Below, piece by piece: positions 26,232-39,750 of a stretch of 64,000 bases of DNA (its first letter is position 1; each line of letters opens with the position of its first letter). A model generated the notes under the pieces. The model worked only from the letters and a program-made list of their open reading frames with translations, made no database searches and was not told where the DNA came from. Origin of the DNA: Escherichia coli (GTDB taxonomy: Bacteria > Pseudomonadota > Gammaproteobacteria > Enterobacterales > Enterobacteriaceae); assembly GCF_002854065.1 (NCBI RefSeq), contig NZ_CP024147.1. One strand, 5' to 3'. A program made the translations under genes and the position numbers.

Positions 26232-26981
26232 ATGATTGAAATAGAATCACGCGAGCTGGCAGATATTCCCGTTCTTCATGCTTATCCTGTCGGACAAAAA
26301 GATACCCCGTTACCGTGCGCGATTTTTTATCACGGCTTTACTTCGTCCAGTCTGGTGTATAGCTATTTTGCCGTTGCGCTGGCGCAGGCTGGTTTGCGGG
26401 TGATCATGCCGGATGCGCCCGATCACGGTAGTCGTTTTAGTGGCGACGCAGCGCGGCGGTTAAATCAATTCTGGCAAATCTTGCTACAAAGTATGCAGGA
26501 ATTCACTACTTTACGTGCGGCAATAGCCGAAGAAAAGTGGCTGCTTGATGACCGTCTGGCAGTCGGTGGTGCGTCGATGGGCGCGATGACGGCACTGGGG
26601 ATTACCGCTCGCCACCCCACGGTGAGATGTACCGCCAGCATGATGGGATCGGGCTATTTTACATCACTCGCCCGTTCACTGTTTCCACCGCTGATACCTG
26701 AAACGACAGCACAGCAGAATGAATTCAATAACATTGTCGCGCCGCTGGCAGAGTGGGAAGCGACAAACCACCTGGAACAACTTAGTGACAGACCTCTACT
26801 GCTGTGGCATGGCCTCGACGATGACGTTGTGCCTGCCGACGAATCACTACGTTTGCAGCAGGCCTTAAGCGAGACGGGACGGGATAAACTGCTAACCTGT
26901 TCATGGCAGCCAGGCGTGCGTCACCGCATTACGCCTGAGGCGTTAGATGCTGCAGTGACATTTTTCCGCCAGCATCTTTAA
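26232..26981 (+). CDS. yjfP: Esterase YjfP (alpha/beta hydrolase)
   Basis: 249-aa ORF with nucleophile motif GGASMG. Confidence 0.9.
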
Positions 26982-27733
26982 ACACGCAGAATGCTGACCC
27001 CTTGCGCTTCCAGTTGTTGCAGGATTTCCGGGTTAGCATTTTTGCCGGTGATCAGCATATCAATTTGATCGGCACGGCTAAAAAGCATTCCCGCGCGTTC
27101 GCCAATCTTACTGCTATCAACCAGTACCACCAGTTTCCCTACCACGCTCAGCATCTTCTGCTCTGCCATTGCCGTCAGCATATCGGTTTTATACAACCCT
27201 TCTGCTGTCAGTCCTTTGCCGCTGGTAAACATCCAGTGCCCGGCATAGAGACTGTTTTCGCTGCCCTGCGGGCTTAAAGTGATGGACTGACTTTTGTTGT
27301 ACTGTCCGCCCATAATGATCACGCTGTCATGTTCTTGATCGATCAGGTAATTTGCCAGCGGTAGATAATTAGTGATGATTTGCACTGGCTTGCCACACAT
27401 TTCCCGCCCAAGCAGAAACGCGGTGGAGCCGCAGTTGATGACTACGCTTTCGCCCGGATTAACCAGCTGCGAGGCCGCTTTAGCGATACGTACTTTTTCA
27501 TCGTGATTCTGCGCCTGATGCAGATTCATCGGCGTCCAGCGCGGGCGCTGTTGGGTAATAGCTTCTGCGCCATTGCGCACTTTTTTCAGTTTGCCGCTTT
27601 CGTCAAGTTTATTGATATCGCGTCGCGCAGTGGCAGGCGAAATTCCCAGACGCTCAACGACTTTCTCAACGGTCACAAAGCCCAATTGTGCGAGCATTTC
27701 CAGGAGGATTTGATGTCTTTGTGCTTCAGTCAT
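26978..27733 (-). CDS. ulaR: DeoR-family repressor UlaR of L-ascorbate utilisation
   Basis: 251-aa [46 protein letters not shown]; convergent 4-nt overlap with yjfP. Confidence 0.95.
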
Positions 27734-27840
27734 GAGCTATTCCGATAAAATTTGATTTTTTTAGATGATATTTGAAATAGCCAGGAAATACTACGCCGGA
27801 TAGCGCGAACTACTCCACGCTATCCGGTATAAACGACAGA

Positions 27841-28905
27841 TTACAGGAATGACTTGAACGGCAGATCCGGTTCAATAGTGAAGCAATCATCGAAACCACG
27901 CGGATAGTGGTACTCGAAGTTGTCTTTATCCAACGGCCAGGTAAATTTGCCGCCAACCTGCCAGATAAACGGCTTGAAGCCATACTTCAGGCGATCTTTT
28001 TTCATCTCCCACAGCACGCGGATCTCTTGCGGATCGGCCTGGAAGTTTGACCAGATATCGTGGTGGAACGGGATAACCACTTTCGCATTCAGGGCTTCAC
28101 CCATACGCAGCATATCGGCGCTGGTCATTTTGTCGGTGATACCGCGCGGGTTTTCGCCGTATGAACCTAAAGCCACGTCGATCTGATGTTCGTTACCGTG
28201 CTTCGCATAATAGTTAGAGTAGTGGGAGTCGCCGCTGTGATACAGGGAGCCGCCAGGCGTTTTGAACAGATAGTTCACCGCGCGATCGTCCATGCCGTCC
28301 GGCAGTACGCCAGCCGCTTTTTGATCGGCAGGCAGGGTGATCAGTGCAGTACGGTCGAAAGCGTCAAGCGCATGAATTTCAATGTCTTTCACTTTTACAA
28401 CATCGCCCGGTTTGACCACGATGCAACGCTCTTTCGGTACGCCCCAGCCAATCCACAAATCCACACAGGTTTTCGGTCCAATGAACGGTACGTCATCAGC
28501 ACAGTTCTGCATCACAGCAGCAGCGACGTTGACGTCGATATGATCGTTGTGATCGTGAGTCGCCAGTACCGCGTCGACCTGGCGAATCGCAAACGGATCA
28601 AGAACAAACGGGGTGGTGCGCAGGTTTGGCTGCAGTTTTTTCACGCCAGCCATGCGCTGCATTTGGTGACCCTGTTTCATTAACGGGTTACCGTGACTTT
28701 GTTTGCCAGTGCCGCACCAGAAATCAACGCAAACGTTGGTGCCACCTTCCGATTTTAACCAGATCCCGGTGCAGCCAAGCCACCACATCGCAAATGTGCC
28801 AGGAGCGACCTGTTCTTGTTCAATTTCTTCATTCAACCAGCTACCCCACTCCGGGAAAGTGCTCAGGATCCAGGATTCACGGGTGATACTTTTCACTTTA
28901 CTCAT
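27841..28905 (-). CDS. ulaG: L-ascorbate-6-phosphate lactonase UlaG (metallo-beta-lactamase fold)
   Basis: Track ORF 27841..28911; [23 protein letters not shown]; HxHxDH motif (THDHNDH); 354 aa. Confidence 0.95.
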   Translation of the reverse strand: MSKVKSITRESWILSTFPEWGSWLNEEIEQEQVAPGTFAMWWLGCTGIWLKSEGGTNVCVDFWCGTGKQSHGNPLMKQGHQMQRMAGVKKLQPNLRTTPFVLDPFAIRQVDAVLATHDHNDHIDVNVAAAVMQNCADDVPFIGPKTCVDLWIGWGVPKERCIVVKPGDVVKVKDIEIHALDAFDRTALITLPADQKAAGVLPDGMDDRAVNYLFKTPGGSLYHSGDSHYSNYYAKHGNEHQIDVALGSYGENPRGITDKMTSADMLRMGEALNAKVVIPFHHDIWSNFQADPQEIRVLWEMKKDRLKYGFKPFIWQVGGKFTWPLDKDNFEYHYPRGFDDCFTIEPDLPFKSFL

Positions 28906-30657
<1,752 letters not shown>

Positions 30658-30672
30658 TAAGGAGTTTTGATT

Positions 30673-30978
30673 ATGACCGTACGTATTCTGGCTGTGTGTG
30701 GCAACGGACAAGGCAGTTCCATGATCATGAAGATGAAAGTGGACCAGTTTTTAACCCAATCAAACATTGACCACACGGTAAACAGCTGCGCGGTTGGCGA
30801 ATACAAAAGCGAGTTGAGCGGCGCGGATATCATCATCGCTTCTACGCACATTGCGGGCGAAATCACCGTGACCGGCAACAAATACGTGGTCGGCGTGCGC
30901 AACATGCTCTCTCCTGCCGACTTTGGCCCGAAACTGCTGGAAGTGATCAAAGAGCATTTCCCGCAGGACGTGAAGTAA
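30673..30978 (+). CDS. ulaB: Ascorbate-specific PTS EIIB component UlaB
   Basis: Track ORF 30667..30978; [16 protein letters not shown] (phospho-Cys loop); 101 aa. Confidence 0.95.
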
Positions 30979-30987
30979 GGACGCGCC

Positions 30988-31451
30988 ATGAAATTACGTG
31001 ATTCGCTGGCGGAGAATAAATCCATCCGCCTGCAGGCTGAAGCAGAGACATGGCAGGACGCAGTGAAAATCGGCGTTGACCTGCTGGTGCGGCGGATGTT
31101 GTCGAGCCGCGTTACTACCAGGCGATTCTGGATGCGGTTGAACAGCACGGTCCGTACTTTGTGCTCGCACCAGGCCTGGCAATGCCGCACGGTCGCCCGG
31201 AAGAGGGCGTTAAGAAAACCGGTTTTGCGCTAGTGACGCTGAAAAAGCCGCTGGAGTTCAACCACGAAGATAATGACCCTGTGGATATCCTCATCACCAT
31301 GGCGGCGGTCGATGCCAACACGCACCAGGAAGTAGGCATCATGCAGATCGTCAACCTGTTTGAAGATGAAGAAAATTTCGACCGTTTACGTGCCTGCCGT
31401 ACCGAGCAGGAAGTACTGGATCTCATTGACCGCACCAACGCGGCAGCTTAA
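30988..31451 (+). pseudogene. ulaC: ulaC (ascorbate PTS EIIA) disrupted by a 1-nt deletion near 31089
   Basis: Track splits it into ORF 30988..31233 (correct for 34 aa [34 protein letters not shown], then out of frame) and ORF 31161..31451 (UlaC C-terminus [18 protein letters not shown]...DRTNAAA); total span 464 nt, not a multiple of 3. Confidence 0.85.
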
Positions 31452-31464
31452 GAAGGAATTGAAG

Positions 31465-32115
31465 ATGTCATTACCGATGTTGCAAGTCGCGCTGGACAAC
31501 CAGACTATGGATAGCGCCTACGAAACCACTCGCCTGATTGCCGAAGAAGTCGACATTATCGAAGTGGGCACCATTCTGTGCGTGGGCGAAGGCGTGCGTG
31601 CGGTTCGCGATCTGAAAGCGCTTTACCCGCACAAAATCGTACTCGCAGACGCCAAAATTGCCGATGCGGGCAAAATTCTTTCTCGTATGTGCTTCGAAGC
31701 CAATGCTGACTGGGTGACGGTAATTTGCTGTGCGGATATCAACACCGCCAAAGGCGCGCTGGACGTAGCAAAAGAGTTTAACGGCGACGTGCAGATTGAA
31801 CTGACCGGCTACTGGACCTGGGAACAGGCGCAGCAGTGGCGCGACGCAGGCATTCAGCAGGTGGTTTATCACCGCAGCCGTGACGCGCAGGCCGCAGGCG
31901 TGGCGTGGGGCGAAGCGGACATTACCGCGATCAAACGTCTTTCCGATATGGGCTTCAAAGTGACCGTCACTGGTGGCCTGGCGCTGGAAGATCTGCCACT
32001 GTTCAAAGGCATTCCGATTCACGTCTTTATCGCGGGCCGTAGTATCCGTGATGCCGCTTCTCCGGTGGAAGCCGCACGTCAGTTCAAACGTTCCATCGCC
32101 GAACTGTGGGGCTAA
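31465..32115 (+). CDS. ulaD: 3-keto-L-gulonate-6-phosphate decarboxylase UlaD
   Basis: Track ORF 31360..32115; start [22 protein letters not shown] with RBS AAGAAGGAATTGAAG; 216 aa. Confidence 0.95.
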   Translation: MSLPMLQVALDNQTMDSAYETTRLIAEEVDIIEVGTILCVGEGVRAVRDLKALYPHKIVLADAKIADAGKILSRMCFEANADWVTVICCADINTAKGALDVAKEFNGDVQIELTGYWTWEQAQQWRDAGIQQVVYHRSRDAQAAGVAWGEADITAIKRLSDMGFKVTVTGGLALEDLPLFKGIPIHVFIAGRSIRDAASPVEAARQFKRSIAELWG

Positions 32116-32124
32116 GGAGCGGAT

Positions 32125-32979
32125 ATGTTGTCCAAACAAATCCCGCTTGGCATCTATGAAAAAGCGCTCCCCGCCGGGGAGTGCTGGCTGGAACGCCTGC
32201 AACTGGCAAAAACGTTGGGCTTCGATTTTGTCGAGATGTCGGTAGATGAAACGGACGAGCGCCTGTCGCGCCTCGACTGGAGCCGCGATCAGCGTCTGGC
32301 GCTGGTGAACGCGATTGTTGAAACCGGCGTACGCGTACCGTCAATGTGCCTTTCTGCTCATCGTCGTTTCCCGCTGGGTAGCGAAGATGACGCGGTGCGG
32401 GCGCAGGGGCTGGAGATTATGCGTAAAGCTATCCAGTTCGCTCAGGACGTCGGCATTCGCGTGATCCAGCTGGCGGGCTATGACGTTTACTATCAGGAAG
32501 CCAATAACGAAACGCGTCGTCGTTTTCGTGACGGCCTGAAAGAGAGCGTTGAGATGGCAAGCCGCGCGCAGGTGACGCTGGCGATGGAGATCATGGATTA
32601 TCCGTTGATGAACTCCATCAGCAAGGCGCTGGGCTACGCGCACTATCTCAACAATCCGTGGTTCCAGCTCTACCCGGATATCGGCAACCTGTCGGCGTGG
32701 GACAACGATGTGCAGATGGAGTTGCAGGCCGGAATCGGGCATATCGTCGCAGTACATGTGAAAGACACCAAACCTGGCGTCTTCAAAAACGTGCCGTTTG
32801 GCGAAGGTGTAGTGGATTTCGAACGTTGTTTCGAAACGCTCAAACAGAGTGGCTATTGCGGGCCGTACCTGATTGAGATGTGGAGCGAAACGGCGGAAGA
32901 CCCGGCGGCAGAAGTGGCGAAAGCGCGTGATTGGGTGAAAGCGCGCATGGCGAAAGCGGGCATGGTGGAGGCGGCATAA
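32125..32979 (+). CDS. ulaE: L-ribulose-5-phosphate 3-epimerase UlaE
   Basis: 284-aa [29 protein letters not shown]. Confidence 0.95.
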   Translation: MLSKQIPLGIYEKALPAGECWLERLQLAKTLGFDFVEMSVDETDERLSRLDWSRDQRLALVNAIVETGVRVPSMCLSAHRRFPLGSEDDAVRAQGLEIMRKAIQFAQDVGIRVIQLAGYDVYYQEANNETRRRFRDGLKESVEMASRAQVTLAMEIMDYPLMNSISKALGYAHYLNNPWFQLYPDIGNLSAWDNDVQMELQAGIGHIVAVHVKDTKPGVFKNVPFGEGVVDFERCFETLKQSGYCGPYLIEMWSETAEDPAAEVAKARDWVKARMAKAGMVEAA

Positions 32980-33665
32980 TGCAAAAGCTAAAACAGCAGG
33001 TATTTGAAGCCAACATGGAGCTGCCGCGCTACGGGCTGGTGACCTTTACCTGGGGCAACGTCAGCGCTATCGACCGCGAACGCGGGCTGGTGGTGATCAA
33101 GCCCAGCGGCGTTGCCTACGAAACCATGAAAGCGGCCGATATGGTGGTGGTTGATATGAGCGGCAAGGTGGTGGAAGGGGAGTATCGCCCATCTTCCGAC
33201 ACTGCGACGCATCTCGAACTCTACCGTCGTTACCCGTCGCTTGGCGGCATTGTCCATACCCACTCCACTCATGCCACCGCATGGGCGCAGGCGGGGCTGG
33301 CGATCCCGGCGTTAGGCACCACGCACGCTGACTACTTCTTTGGTGATATCCCGTGTACGCGTGGATTAAGCGAAGAAGAGGTGCAGGGTGAGTATGAACT
33401 GAACACTGGCAAAGTGATTATCGAAACGCTGGGCAACGCCGAGCCGCTGCATACGCCGGGAATTGTGGTGTATCAGCACGGACCGTTCGCCTGGGGGAAA
33501 GATGCCCACGACGCGGTGCATAACGCGGTAGTGATGGAAGAAGTGGCGAAAATGGCGTGGATTGCGCGCAGTATTAATCCACAACTCAATCACATCGACA
33601 GCTTCCTGATGAATAAACACTTCATGCGTAAGCACGGCCCTAACGCTTATTACGGGCAGAAGTAA
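32979..33665 (+). CDS. ulaF: L-ribulose-5-phosphate 4-epimerase UlaF
   Basis: Track ORF 32931..33665; start [21 protein letters not shown] overlapping ulaE stop (TAATG); 228 aa. Confidence 0.95.
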   Translation: MQKLKQQVFEANMELPRYGLVTFTWGNVSAIDRERGLVVIKPSGVAYETMKAADMVVVDMSGKVVEGEYRPSSDTATHLELYRRYPSLGGIVHTHSTHATAWAQAGLAIPALGTTHADYFFGDIPCTRGLSEEEVQGEYELNTGKVIIETLGNAEPLHTPGIVVYQHGPFAWGKDAHDAVHNAVVMEEVAKMAWIARSINPQLNHIDSFLMNKHFMRKHGPNAYYGQK

Positions 33666-33672
33666 AACACGC

Positions 33673-33755
33673 GCTGCGGAAATTTCCTTCCTCGGGAGAT
33701 AACTGGTCTAATTCCGCAGCCGTTTTTCAAAAAAAGCCCCCTGCGAAGGGGGCAA
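33673..33755. terminator. Back-to-back terminators between convergent ulaF (+) and yjfY (-)
   Basis: Plus: GCTGCGGAAATTTCC...GGTCTAATTCCGCAGC then CGTTTTTC; minus: GCCCCCTTCGCAGGGGGC followed by T7. Confidence 0.65.
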
Positions 33756-33793
33756 AGCAAACTATGGCAATGTTTCGTTGGTTATACCTGGTG

Positions 33794-34069
33794 CTAGCGA
33801 TAAATATCCGCGCTGGCGTGCATATTGCCGTTACTCCCCGGTTCCCGCATCAGAATTACGTGGTAGTACGTTGCGCCTTGCGCATCTGTTTCTTCATTTA
33901 ATGCCTGACGTGCTTCGCTTTCAGTGGCGAAATTATGATTGATATAAATCACGCCTAAGCTTTGCACATCGTCCATATTTCTGGCCTGGTGGTTATTAAT
34001 TTCAATGGCTGCCCATGTATTTGCACTTAGCAAAAGCACAGCCAGAAGGGCTAAAACTCGACTGAACAT
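33794..34069 (-). CDS. yjfY: Periplasmic DUF1471 (YhcN family) protein YjfY
   Basis: Track ORF 33794..34138; start MFSRVLALLAVLLLSANTWAA; 91 aa. Confidence 0.85.
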   Translation of the reverse strand: MFSRVLALLAVLLLSANTWAAIEINNHQARNMDDVQSLGVIYINHNFATESEARQALNEETDAQGATYYHVILMREPGSNGNMHASADIYR

Positions 34070-34377
34070 AGATACCTCCTCGACGGCTGACTTTGTGTGC
34101 TCTCCTCTGTGATGATCTTCTGATTTAATTTTAATCAATGATAAAGAAGTTGATGGTGACCATTTCTGATGCAGTTGTTCGAAAAAACACTGTGACGGAA
34201 TGTGATGAACTTCAAATCAGCGGTTTAGAGGTTATTTGCGAAAGGGGAGATTTATTTCTGCTCCGCCCTTGAGTTTAGCGGGGTATGTCAGTACTATAAC
34301 GCGTCATTTTTCAGCCGACCTTTAACACGTTCCTTGCCTCCCCGGGATTCGGCTGACCCAGACAGGAGGCTGAATAA

Positions 34378-34791
<414 letters not shown>

Positions 34792-34797
34792 TTTCTG

Positions 34798-35344
<547 letters not shown>

Positions 35345-35373
35345 TCGGTCACGGTCCATTAATACGACTTTGA

Positions 35374-35835
<462 letters not shown>

Positions 35836-35857
35836 TTCGTTATTCAACGAGACGTAA

Positions 35858-35890
35858 AAACGCCGACCAGTGGTCGGCGTTTTGCTTTAT
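35858..35890 (+). terminator. Rho-independent terminator of rpsF-priB-rpsR-rplI operon
   Basis: CGCCGACC-AGTG-GTCGGCG hairpin followed by TTTTGCTTT. Confidence 0.8.
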
Positions 35891-35936
35891 AGCGAAAGCG
35901 TTACAACTGGTAGTATAACGCTCTGATATCTATTAA

Positions 35937-37214
35937 TTAGCTTGTCGCTAACTGTACTTGCGGTTCTTCATCTTTAACTTTGATAAGCGTCCACAGCGCA
36001 ATGGCGCCAATAATGTCAAAGAAAGCCAGGGCAATAAAGAACGGCGCGAAGCCGATAATGTGAACGAATGCCCCGATAAACAGGTTGAAAATCAACTGAC
36101 CGCTCCACGCACAGGCTCCTGCCATACCCACTGCGGTAGCTACTTCGTCTTTTTTGAACAGATCGCCACCCAGAGTTGCTGCTACAGTAGAAAGACATTG
36201 ATGCGAGAACGCGCCAATACTAATCAGTAATACGGCAATGTAGGGATTTTCGACAATACTCACCAGGCCAATCGTCATCATAATGACGGCTGCAATAGTG
36301 AAGGTAATTCTTCGTGAGTTAATTAAACTCACGCCGCGATCGTGGAAGAACTTCGCGACAAAACCACTGGCTAAACAGCCGAGATCGCCCAGCAGGAAAG
36401 GCAGCCAGACGAACATGGCAATTTCTTTCAGGCTAAAATGCAGCGTTTCGACGAAGAAAATCGGCACCCAGAAGTTAATGGTTCCCCATGCCGGGTCTGC
36501 GAGAAAACGCGCGATGCCAATCCCCCAGAAATTACGTTGGCTGAGGATATGCTTGATTGACGTTTTTTCTTTCTTATCTGTTTTAAGATGCTGTTCTTGC
36601 CCTGATTCAATATAGTGGCGCTCTTCATCAGAAAGGCGTTTGGCATCTTTCGGATCTTTATAACAAAAGAACCAAAATAAAGCCGCGAGCAAAGCAAGGC
36701 TACCTGAAACAATAAACGCAAATTGCCAGCTATGAAACATAATGCACCAGGCAATCAACGGTGGAGCAAGCATCGCGCCGAGTGAGGTGCCCATATTGAA
36801 AACACCTGTCGCCACGCCACGCTCTTTTGCCGGGAACCATGTTGATGCGGTTTTTACACCCGCCGGAATTGCCGACGCTTCGCTGAAACCCATCAGGGCG
36901 CGCATAAATGCCAGACCTGACCACGTTCCGGTTAGTGCATGGCCCATTGTCGCCAGGCCCCAAATTGCGGCACATATCGCAAAACTTAACTTCAGACCCA
37001 CGGTATCAATAAAGAAGCCCATTACCGGTTGCCCTAATGTATAGGCCAACTGGAATGCACTGACAATCCATGAATATTGCTCTTTAGTTATTCCGGTTGT
37101 CTCCATAATCGTTGGAGCCGCAATACCTAACGCCGTTCTGTCCAGATAATTGATTACAGTGATAAAGCATACGAGGGCAATCATATGCCACCGGTAATTC
37201 GGTAATGACTCCAA
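35937..37214 (-). CDS. MFS transporter, anion:cation symporter (ACS) family, ExuT/GudP-like; 5' end abuts IS1 (track start codon TTG lies inside the IS1 terminus; first native in-frame ATG gives MIALVCF...)
   Basis: 425-aa ORF with ~12 predicted TM segments and ACS-family sequence character (resemblance to ExuT from memory); not at this position in K-12 as I recall. Confidence 0.75.
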   Translation of the reverse strand: MESLPNYRWHMIALVCFITVINYLDRTALGIAAPTIMETTGITKEQYSWIVSAFQLAYTLGQPVMGFFIDTVGLKLSFAICAAIWGLATMGHALTGTWSGLAFMRALMGFSEASAIPAGVKTASTWFPAKERGVATGVFNMGTSLGAMLAPPLIAWCIMFHSWQFAFIVSGSLALLAALFWFFCYKDPKDAKRLSDEERHYIESGQEQHLKTDKKEKTSIKHILSQRNFWGIGIARFLADPAWGTINFWVPIFFVETLHFSLKEIAMFVWLPFLLGDLGCLASGFVAKFFHDRGVSLINSRRITFTIAAVIMMTIGLVSIVENPYIAVLLISIGAFSHQCLSTVAATLGGDLFKKDEVATAVGMAGACAWSGQLIFNLFIGAFVHIIGFAPFFIALAFFDIIGAIALWTLIKVKDEEPQVQLATS

Positions 37215-37215
37215 C

Positions 37216-37719
37216 TTATTGATAGTGTTTTATGTTCAGATAATGCCCGATGACTTTGTCATGCAGCTCCACCGATTTTGAGAACGACAGCGACTTCCGT
37301 CCCAGCCGTGCCAGGTGCTGCCTCAGATTCAGGTTATGCCGCTCAATTCGCTGCGTATATCGCTTGCTGATTACGTGCAGCTTTCCCTTCAGGCGGGATT
37401 CATACAGCGGCCAGCCATCCGTCATCCATATCACCACGTCAAAGGGTGACAGCAGGCTCATAAGACGCCCCAGCGTCGCCATAGTGCGTTCACCGAATAC
37501 GTGCGCAACAACCGTCTTCCGGAGCCTGTCATACGCGTAAAACAGCCAGCGCTGGCGCGATTTAGCCCCGACGTATCCCCACTGTTCGTCCATTTCCGCG
37601 CAGACGATGACGTCACTGCCCGGCTGTATGCGCGAGGTTACCGACTGCGGCCTGAGTTTTTTAAATGGCGGAAAATCGTGTTGAGGCCAACGCCCATAAT
37701 GCGGGCGGTTGCCCGGCAT
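37216..37719 (-). CDS. insB: IS1 transposase InsB (expressed as InsAB' by -1 frameshift)
   Basis: 167-aa [61 protein letters not shown]. Confidence 0.95.
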   Translation of the reverse strand: MPGNRPHYGRWPQHDFPPFKKLRPQSVTSRIQPGSDVIVCAEMDEQWGYVGAKSRQRWLFYAYDRLRKTVVAHVFGERTMATLGRLMSLLSPFDVVIWMTDGWPLYESRLKGKLHVISKRYTQRIERHNLNLRQHLARLGRKSLSFSKSVELHDKVIGHYLNIKHYQ

Positions 37720-37913
37720 CCAACGCCATTCATGGCCATATCAATGATTTTCTGGTGCGTACCGGGTTGAGAAGCGGTGTAAGTGAACTGCAGTTGCCAT
37801 GTTTTACGGCAGTGAGAGCAGAGATAGCGCTGATGTCCGGCAGTGCTTTTGCCGTTACGCACCACCCCGTCAGTAGCTGAACAGGAGGGACAGCTGATAG
37901 AAACAGAAGCCAC
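37638..37913 (-). CDS. insA: IS1 protein InsA (transposition inhibitor / N-terminal part of transposase)
   Basis: 91-aa [94 protein letters not shown]. Confidence 0.95.
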   Translation of the reverse strand: MASVSISCPSCSATDGVVRNGKSTAGHQRYLCSHCRKTWQLQFTYTASQPGTHQKIIDMAMNGVGCRATARIMGVGLNTIFRHLKNSGRSR

Positions 37914-37971
37914 TGGAGCACCTCAAAAACACCATCATACACTAAATCAGTAAGTTGGCAGCATCACCCAT

Positions 37972-38610
37972 CTACTGCGCACGAATAAAACTGCCATCCG
38001 GCTGGCGGGTAAACAGGACCTGTTGATTATTCCCCGTATCAATAGTTAAGCCCGTCACCACGCCGCTGGCGTTCTGGCGGATTTTCACCATCTGCCCGTT
38101 TTGCAAATTACTCAGCGGCTTACCCGCGCCTTCTACCTGCGCCATTGCATAGACATCGGTAGCGGGCAGTCCGTGGTCGCGGAACAGCTGCGCCATCGTT
38201 TTACCGGGTTCGACACGGTAAGAGCGCCATTGATTATCAATTCCGCTATCTGGCTGGAATGGTTGTGTTTGGGTAGTTTGCGGCTGTTCTTCTGGCTGGC
38301 CTTCCTGTATAGGTTCTGGAGCGACCGGAGCCACCTGATCAGGATCATTTTGTGGTGTGACTAATTGCGCCCGCAGCTGTTCTTCTGTCGGCGGTTGTGA
38401 TTGCGACTGAATATCTAACTGCGCTTCACGCGTCACCACCGGCGCGTTGGGCGTATCATCAGATGGAAGCAGAAATCCGACCACCAATATAATGGCGGCA
38501 ATAATGATCCCCCGACGATGCATCGGCGGCAGCGGGTCCATGAAGCGAAAATTGTCCGGCGCGTGCCAGACTTTCTCCAGGGTTGGTTTTAGTTCAAAGC
38601 GCCCGGGCAT
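37972..38610 (-). CDS. ytfB: Cell-division protein YtfB (OapA / LysM-like domain)
   Basis: Track ORF 37972..38646; start MPGRFELKPTLEKVWHAPDNFRFMD; Pro/Gln-rich linker; stop codon 3 nt from IS1 end. Confidence 0.9.
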   Translation of the reverse strand: MPGRFELKPTLEKVWHAPDNFRFMDPLPPMHRRGIIIAAIILVVGFLLPSDDTPNAPVVTREAQLDIQSQSQPPTEEQLRAQLVTPQNDPDQVAPVAPEPIQEGQPEEQPQTTQTQPFQPDSGIDNQWRSYRVEPGKTMAQLFRDHGLPATDVYAMAQVEGAGKPLSNLQNGQMVKIRQNASGVVTGLTIDTGNNQQVLFTRQPDGSFIRAQ

Positions 38611-38828
38611 GGTTTCCTCCTGCTCCGCGTCTTGTTCCTCAATCATAGCCTATGAATAAGCTAACGCTATGATGTCCGTGGTAAACCCGCCTTTATTATA
38701 TTCATACGGGATATTGCTATTGTTTCTTTTTCCCCGGGATTTGTCATCATTCCTGCGACAAAGTTTTACCCAAAGAAGTGTGGCTGATATGCTGCCCGCT
38801 ACTTTTATACCCTAAGAAAGGAAATACG

Positions 38829-39449
38829 ATGACCACCCCAACTTTTGACACCATCGAAGCGCAAGCAAGCTACGGCATTGGTTTACAGGTAGGCCAACAA
38901 CTGAGTGAATCTGGCCTGCAAGGGCTGCTGCCGGAGGCGCTGGTGGCTGGTATTGCAGATGCGCTGGAAGGCAAACATCCGGCTGTTCCGGTTGATGTGG
39001 TGCATCGCGCGCTGCGTGAAATCCACGAACGCGCCGATGCCGTTCGTCGTCAGCGTTTCCAGGCGATGGCTGCCGAAGGTGTGAAATATCTTGAAGAAAA
39101 TGCCAAAAAAGAAGGTGTGAACAGCACCGAATCTGGCCTGCAATTCCGCGTGATCAACCAGGGTGAAGGCGCAATTCCGGCACGTACTGACCGCGTTCGT
39201 GTTCATTACACCGGTAAACTGATCGACGGCACCGTGTTTGACAGCTCCGTTGCTCGTGGTGAACCCGCTGAATTCCCGGTTAATGGCGTGATCCCTGGCT
39301 GGATTGAAGCACTGACTCTGATGCCGGTAGGTTCTAAATGGGAACTGACTATCCCGCAGGAACTGGCCTATGGCGAGCGCGGCGCTGGCGCATCCATCCC
39401 TCCGTTCAGCACCCTGGTGTTTGAAGTCGAGCTGCTGGAAATCCTCTAA
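38829..39449 (+). CDS. fklB: FKBP-type peptidyl-prolyl cis-trans isomerase FklB
   Basis: Track ORF 38778..39449; start [22 protein letters not shown]; 206 aa. Confidence 0.95.
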   Translation: MTTPTFDTIEAQASYGIGLQVGQQLSESGLQGLLPEALVAGIADALEGKHPAVPVDVVHRALREIHERADAVRRQRFQAMAAEGVKYLEENAKKEGVNSTESGLQFRVINQGEGAIPARTDRVRVHYTGKLIDGTVFDSSVARGEPAEFPVNGVIPGWIEALTLMPVGSKWELTIPQELAYGERGAGASIPPFSTLVFEVELLEIL

Positions 39450-39750
39450 GCAGCGTATTCTGTTCCCCTCGAGCCAGAGGGGAGCAGGCATTTAGCAATA
39501 AACCCTTCAGTTTGCCAATCGGCGATATTTTGTGTTGCAAACGCTCCGTAAGCGTGTATTTTTGTGAGCTGTTTCGCGTTATCACCGTGATATGACACTC
39601 ACTTTAAACATAAAATTAACATTAGATCTAAATCTTAGTATTCATCCCACGTATTGTTTCCTAATATCGATGAGTCCCGATACAGATTCGTCGTATTATA
39701 GACTGACTAAAGGCCGCAGAGCCTGAACAACACAGACAGGAAGAAAAAAC

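Larger units (their letters stand above)
37201..37968 (-). mobile_element. IS1: Insertion sequence IS1 (768 bp, complete: terminal inverted repeats, insA, insB', A6C frameshift site)
   Basis: Ends GGTAATGACTCCAACTTATTGAT (37201-37223) and inverted GGTGATGCTGCCAACTTACTGAT (37946-37968); InsA/InsB ORFs; TTTAAAAAAC slippery motif; flanking 9-mers CGGTAATTC vs CATCTACTG do not match. Confidence 0.97.

Noticed and set aside
31360-31464. Upstream extension of the ulaD ORF (track start 31360) overlapping the 3' end of ulaC
   Set aside because: The extension is simply the alternative frame of ulaC; the real ulaD start is the ATG at 31465 with a good RBS.
37192-37977. Search for a 9-bp IS1 target-site duplication
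   Set aside because: The flanking 9-mers do not match, so no TSD is called; the partial GGTAAT similarity in the left flank was judged coincidental. The absence itself is reported as a finding.
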